Shown here: positions 27,866 to 32,000 of the stretch, one piece after another
Position numbering within the stretch: the first letter of the stretch is position 1
Layout of the letters: each line of letters begins with the position of its first letter
The notes under the pieces: model-generated
What the model saw: the letters and a program-made list of their open reading frames with translations, nothing else
What the model was told of the DNA's origin: nothing
Databases searched by the model: none
Position numbers and translations under genes: made by a program
NCBI RefSeq assembly: GCF_937898925.1
Contig: NZ_CALDKF010000029.1
Location: 1,344 to 33,343, forward strand
Reading direction: 5' to 3'
Length of the DNA: 32,000 bases
From: an uncultured Methanobrevibacter sp.
Lineage (GTDB): Archaea > Methanobacteriota > Methanobacteria > Methanobacteriales > Methanobacteriaceae

Positions 27866-28690
27866 ATGGATATTTTTCAAGCAATAATCATTGGACTTGT
27901 CCAAGGATTAACTGAATTTCTGCCTGTAAGCAGTTCTGCTCATTTGATCTTTGCACAACAGGCATTAGGTTTAAGTGATGTAGGACTTGCCTTTGATGTG
28001 TTGATGCATGTAGGAACCCTTGTAGCTGTAATCGTGTATTTCTTTAATGATATTGTAAACATGATTAAAGGATTCCTTTTAAGTCTAGTTGACTTAAAGA
28101 ATGGAAATTTCATGGGAGAAATCAAGAAAGACCCTTACAAGAAATTGGCTTGGCTTACAATATTGGCTACCATTCCTGTAGGTGTTGTAGGAGTACTCTT
28201 TAACGATATAATTGAATCAATGTTTAAGGGATTGACCATACCTGCATTCTTATTATTAGTAACCGGTTGTCTTTTATATGCATCCCAAAGAATGAACAGC
28301 GGCAGAATAGATGTTAGAAACATGACCATTAAAGAAGCTCTCATCATGGGATGCGGACAAGCATTAGCGGTATTGCCAGGGCTTTCCCGTTCAGGTACCA
28401 CAATAGCTGCTGGATTGTTTGCAGGATTGGATAAGGAATTTGCTGCAAAATTCAGTTTCATCTTATCAATTCCAGCAATCTTAGGTGCAGCGGTTTTCCA
28501 ACTTAAGGATTTAAGCGGAGGAAGTGTTGAAATAGGTGCTTGCATTGCAGGATTTGTAGTTGCAGTTATTTCAGGATACTTAGCTATAAGCGTATTGCTC
28601 AAGATCGTTAGAGAAAAAAGCTTGGACATATTCGCATACTACTGTTGGATTGTAGGAATAATAGTGTTGATTGGTAGTTTAATACTTTAA
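27866..28690 (+). CDS. uppP: Undecaprenyl-diphosphate phosphatase (UppP/BacA)
   Basis: 274-aa polytopic membrane ORF. Motifs EFLPVSSSAHL and LPGLSRSGTTI. Confidence 0.88.
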   Translation: MDIFQAIIIGLVQGLTEFLPVSSSAHLIFAQQALGLSDVGLAFDVLMHVGTLVAVIVYFFNDIVNMIKGFLLSLVDLKNGNFMGEIKKDPYKKLAWLTILATIPVGVVGVLFNDIIESMFKGLTIPAFLLLVTGCLLYASQRMNSGRIDVRNMTIKEALIMGCGQALAVLPGLSRSGTTIAAGLFAGLDKEFAAKFSFILSIPAILGAAVFQLKDLSGGSVEIGACIAGFVVAVISGYLAISVLLKIVREKSLDIFAYYCWIVGIIVLIGSLIL

Positions 28691-28947
28691 TCAACTTTAA
28701 AAAAAAAAAGTTTAGAAAATATTCTCTAAATTTTACTATTTTTATTTTTTATTTATTTCAAAATTTTATTATATGCTCATTTTAAAAATTATTATATCCT
28801 TATTAAAAAATAGCTATTTTTAATTTTCTATTGTAGAAAAAATTTTAGATAAAAAAAGGAAAAATAATGAGTTTTTCAATTAAAATAAAATTTAAAACTC
28901 TTTTTTTAAAAAAATTAAAAATCGAAAAAATAAAGAAAAAATAGTTT

Positions 28948-28981
28948 AAAAAAAAATATATTGTATACAATTTGTATACAA
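28948..28981 (-). terminator. Duplicated 10-bp palindrome (TTGTATACAA x2) forming a hairpin immediately after the stop of the marker-12-like gene, followed by T9
   Basis: Copies at 28961-28970 and 28972-28981. The stop codon is at 28982-28984. The A9 run at 28948-28956 reads as T9 on the minus strand. Confidence 0.5.
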
Positions 28982-29983
28982 TTAAAGCTCAACTTTTATA
29001 CCCATGATTTCTCTTTTTCCATGAGCAATATCCCTTGCTATTTGAGCTGCACCAATAGCTCCGGATTCACTTGAAATGATCTTGGTTGGGTACTTGTTCT
29101 TGAAGTACTTGTTCAACTCCTTTTCAAAATCAACAGGATCTTTCATTGAACCCATTGAGCCTGTAAGAACAATGCCTTCAATCTCATTTTTGCTTACTGC
29201 AATCAATCCTGCAATTTCCATAGCTACAGTCATTATCATGGTGTCAATAGCAAGCTTTGCTTTCCCATCACCATTTCTGTAATTGTTTAAAAGCTCATCC
29301 TTCATGAATGCAACCTTATTGTCAATTCCAGCTATTTTTATAGCACCAGCATGTGAGAAGCATTCATTTGCTGTGCATTTTCCATCATCAATGTCTCTAA
29401 TCATTTCCAAATCGAGAGGTCCGTGAACAACTCCCATTGCACCGCAACAGGCATCAATGGCTCCCTTGATTATTCCATCCTCTACAAGCAAGTCAACACT
29501 GTTTGAACTGATGTCTGCAACAATCATGTTTTCCCAATTGGTTTCAAGATAAGCGTTATAGACAATGCTAATCTTTTCAGGGCTTGCATGATGGGAATAG
29601 GCTGCTCTGAACAATGGGTCTAGCCACTCGCAATTCTTATGGATTCCTGGAATCATCAAGACAGGCAAATCGGCATTTTCAATTTCTGAATACACTGATG
29701 TTCCTCCACCAGTTACCTTGCCTGCACCTCCAATTGAAAGAATCCCTCTATTTTCAACCCTTTCCATTGGAAGAATGGAGCTGATTCCATCTCCCATAGC
29801 ATAAGTGATAATCATTAATTCAATATCATCCAAATCAACACGCTTGGACAATTCTTCAATAGCTGACACTTTCCCAGCCTTACTATCTTCACGGGATATC
29901 TTAAAAACATCAAGAACTTGCCTCTCATCCATTATAGCAAATGAAATACCGGTAGTTCCATGATCCATACCTACATATACCAT
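28982..29983 (-). CDS. Methanogenesis marker protein 12-like (UPF0285), ASKHA-fold ATPase-like protein of unknown function
   Basis: ATG at 29983 preceded by GTGAT (the track ORF starts at GTG 29992). Phosphate-1-like motif VGMDHGTTGISF and Gly-rich segments. Lies beside ilvC, as I recall for Methanothermobacter. Family call is from memory. Confidence 0.55.
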   Translation of the reverse strand: MVYVGMDHGTTGISFAIMDERQVLDVFKISREDSKAGKVSAIEELSKRVDLDDIELMIITYAMGDGISSILPMERVENRGILSIGGAGKVTGGGTSVYSEIENADLPVLMIPGIHKNCEWLDPLFRAAYSHHASPEKISIVYNAYLETNWENMIVADISSNSVDLLVEDGIIKGAIDACCGAMGVVHGPLDLEMIRDIDDGKCTANECFSHAGAIKIAGIDNKVAFMKDELLNNYRNGDGKAKLAIDTMIMTVAMEIAGLIAVSKNEIEGIVLTGSMGSMKDPVDFEKELNKYFKNKYPTKIISSESGAIGAAQIARDIAHGKREIMGIKVEL

Positions 29984-30184
29984 TTTAATCACAAATTTAG
30001 AATTAAATTAAAAAAATCTAGACTAATCTTTAGTTAATTTAGATATATTTGGCATAGTTTAAAAACTTTTATATAATATTTAAAAAAGCAGAAAGTTTTT
30101 AAAAAGTTTGAAATAAGAAAATTTGATAAAAATAGATTATAATATTGTAAAAATAATTAAAAAAGAAAAAAGAAAGAAGAGAAA

Positions 30185-31180
30185 CTATTCATCTTCTTTT
30201 TGTAATCCACAAGCGATTCTTAATCTTTTACCGACAATTTCGATGCCTTCTTTTTCTTCAGCAGCTCTCATTTCTTTTAAGTTTGCTGCATCAGTTGCGT
30301 TTTCATCTGCAAATTGTTTTTTAAAGGTTCCGTCTTGGATTTCAGTTAAGATTGCTTTCATTTCAGCTTTGGTTGCATCAGTAATTATTCTGCCACCTCT
30401 GGTTAATCCACCGTATTCAGCAGTGTTACTTACATCATGCCACATTCCAGCCATACCGTTTTCGTAGATGTCATCTACAATAAGCTTTACTTCGTGACAG
30501 GTTTCAAAGTAAGCGATTTCAGGTTGGTAACCTGCTTCAACTAAAGTTTCAAATCCTGCTTTGATAAGTGCACTTAATCCACCACATAATACAGCTTGTT
30601 CACCGAATAAGTCAGTTTCAGTTTCTTCTTGGAAGGTGGTTTCTATTACACCTGCTCTGGTAAGACCAACAGCTTTTGCCATACCTAATGCGATTTGCAA
30701 TGCATCACCAGTAGCATCTTGTTCAATAGCTACTAAACCAGGAATACCGAAACCGTCTAAGTAAGTGGTTCTGACACGAGATCCAGGTCCTTTAGGTGCA
30801 AACATTACGATGTTTACGTCTTCTCCAGGTTGGATTAATCCAAAGTGAATGTTGTAACCGTGAGAGAATGAAATGGTGTTTCCAGCTTCAACATAAGGAG
30901 CGATTTGTTCTTTGTAAACTTTTTCTTGGGTTTCATCTGGTAATAAAATGTGGATAATGTCTGCAGCTTCAGCAGCTTCTTCAATAGTTTTAACATTCAT
31001 TCCATCATCAACAGCTTTTTGCCAGGATGAACCGCCTTCTCTAAGACCAACAATTACATTTAATCCACTGTCAGCCATGTTTCTAGATTGACCACGTCCT
31101 TGACTTCCGTAACCGATTACAGCAATGGTTTTGTCTGCAACGACTTCTGCGTCAACATCGTCATCATAATACATTTTCAT
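30185..31180 (-). CDS. ilvC: Ketol-acid reductoisomerase
   Basis: 331-aa ORF with AGGAG SD. NADPH-binding motif [17 protein letters not shown] and class I KARI-like sequence throughout. Confidence 0.92.
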   Translation of the reverse strand: MKMYYDDDVDAEVVADKTIAVIGYGSQGRGQSRNMADSGLNVIVGLREGGSSWQKAVDDGMNVKTIEEAAEAADIIHILLPDETQEKVYKEQIAPYVEAGNTISFSHGYNIHFGLIQPGEDVNIVMFAPKGPGSRVRTTYLDGFGIPGLVAIEQDATGDALQIALGMAKAVGLTRAGVIETTFQEETETDLFGEQAVLCGGLSALIKAGFETLVEAGYQPEIAYFETCHEVKLIVDDIYENGMAGMWHDVSNTAEYGGLTRGGRIITDATKAEMKAILTEIQDGTFKKQFADENATDAANLKEMRAAEEKEGIEIVGKRLRIACGLQKEDE

Positions 31181-31460
31181 TTTTAAGACTCCTATAAGTT
31201 TTTTAATAATTTTATAAAATTAATAGCAATGATTTATCGTAATTTTAAAACAATAAATCAATATATTCAATAGAGAAATTAGTTTATTGAAATGTTTACT
31301 AATTTTAGTATTAAATATAACATTAATATATTTAATTTAATAGTTTATAAAACTTATTAAATTGGAATTTTATAAGAGTTTTTCAATGATGATTTTAGAA
31401 ATAATGGGATTTGAAGGAAATCATTAATGAAATTAAAGAATTATTTAACTTAAATAATTT

Positions 31461-31497
31461 AACTGTTGCATATACAATTGTTGTTAATGCAACAGTT
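31461..31497. promoter_or_regulatory. 11-bp perfect inverted repeat (AACTGTTGCAT-N15-ATGCAACAGTT); candidate operator for the downstream MarR-family gene
   Basis: Arms at 31461-31471 and 31487-31497 read directly. The right arm overlaps TTTATATA at 31496-31503. About 110 nt upstream of the MarR ATG. Confidence 0.4.
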
Positions 31498-31503
31498 TAT
31501 ATA
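31496..31503 (+). promoter_or_regulatory. Consensus archaeal TATA box TTTATATA upstream of the MarR-family gene
   Basis: Exact match to TTTAWATA. Orientation and use are not proven; it would imply a 5' UTR of about 80 nt. Confidence 0.35.
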
Positions 31504-31608
31504 CCATGAAATCCAGAATATAAAAATGCTTATTGATTTTAATATTAAAAAACCTATTAAAAAACAGAAAAAAAGATAAATGATTCTCAAAAGGAATTGG
31601 GAGAGAAT

Positions 31609-32000
31609 ATGTCTTTGGAAAAATTTAAAGAAAAGAATGCGTTGGAATTTCCACTTGGAAAGCTCATTACAATGATTGCAAGAGGCCATAGCTTTTATTT
31701 GAATCACCGCCTAGAAGATTTGAACATAAACGCTTCACAATTACATACACTATTTGAAATAAAATGCTCCAACGGAATAAACCAAGACGAAATAGCTAAA
31801 AGATGCAATGTCGATAAAGGTTCCGTAGCAAGATCCTTAAGAAAATTAGAAGACAAGGAACTTATTGTAAAGGAAATTGATGAAAACAACAGACGTCAAA
31901 ATAAAATTTCTTTAACCTCAAAAGGGGAATATGTGATTGAAGAATCATTGAAAATTCTAGATGATTGGGAAGATGAGATATTCAAGGAAGTGGATGATGA
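31609..32000 (+). CDS. MarR-family winged-helix transcriptional regulator, N-terminal 130 aa (continues past the window end; absent from the ORF track)
   Basis: ATG at 31609 preceded by GGGAGAG. Hand translation MSLEKFKEKNALEFPLGKLITMIARGHSFYLNHRLEDLNINASQLHTLFEIKCSNGINQDEIAKRCNVDKGSVARSLRKLEDKELIVKEIDENNRRQNKISLTSKGEYV... shows the MarR wHTH pattern (DKGSVARSLRKLE ... NRRQNKISLTSKG). No stop before 32000. Confidence 0.8.
   Translation, partial: MSLEKFKEKNALEFPLGKLITMIARGHSFYLNHRLEDLNINASQLHTLFEIKCSNGINQDEIAKRCNVDKGSVARSLRKLEDKELIVKEIDENNRRQNKISLTSKGEYVIEESLKILDDWEDEIFKEVDD

Noticed and set aside
28135-28629. 164-aa minus-strand ORF antisense to uppP; similar antisense ORFs at 2317-2817, 19677-20099, 30123-30467, 11354-11740 and 622-975
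   Set aside because: Each is fully nested opposite a well-supported gene with recognisable family motifs. They lack ribosome-binding sites and recognisable motifs.
28867-28944. 25-aa Lys-rich ORF (MSFSIKIKFKTLFLKKLKIEKIKKK) in the uppP / marker-12 spacer
   Set aside because: The SD is weak (GGA only). The composition mirrors the A-rich spacer and there is no supporting feature, so it is most likely chance.
31386-31392. C-box-like ATGATGA suggesting a C/D box sRNA in the ilvC/MarR spacer
   Set aside because: There is no CTGA D box at an appropriate distance and no terminal stem. Similar searches in other spacers also found nothing convincing.
31459-31889. Two minus-strand ORFs (82 and 61 aa) in the ORF track
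   Set aside because: They are antisense to, or overlap, the clearly MarR-like plus-strand reading frame that starts at 31609. The track misses that gene only because it has no stop inside the window.

Overview
Strongly AT-rich archaeal sequence. Gene content and order look like a Methanobacteriales methanogen, most likely Methanobrevibacter. This rests on two adjacent Mur-ligase paralogs of the pseudomurein type, a methanogenesis-marker-12-like gene beside ilvC, a Kae1-Bud32 fusion next to a UPF0284/CobT-like gene, and an adhesin-like secreted protein; the taxon is an inference and no search was run.

The window is mostly densely packed housekeeping genes. Seventeen consecutive genes lie on the minus strand between 1.9 and 21.2 kb. 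In order: leuS (3' part), bioA, an adhesin-like beta-helix protein, bioD-bioB, trmI, hef, two Mur ligases, an AcnX-type dehydratase large subunit, a cysK-like gene, a RecJ/GAN-like DHH nuclease, rps15, a HAM1/RdgB NTPase, kae1-bud32, a cobT-like gene, an LSm protein, surE, a thyA-like gene, a membrane-anchored Mrr-like protein, tRNA-Val(UAC), ilvE, uppP, a marker-12-like gene, ilvC, and the 5' part of a MarR-family regulator that runs off the window end and is absent from the ORF track.

I do not see a convincing multi-gene novel system: no CRISPR, no transposase or integrase, no defence-island architecture. The best candidates for a second look are:
- an orphan membrane-tethered PD-(D/E)xK-like protein with a degenerate active-site motif next to tRNA-Val (25095-26225);
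- an untracked 48-aa ORF with a strong Shine-Dalgarno upstream of a minimal LSm gene;
- a Cys-cluster insertion in one Mur-ligase paralog;
- an adhesin-like gene splitting the biotin cluster;
- hairpins built from duplicated palindromes in convergent intergenic regions;
- an 11-bp perfect inverted repeat abutting a consensus TATA box upstream of the MarR gene.

All product calls are by-eye motif recognition and should be confirmed with profile searches.
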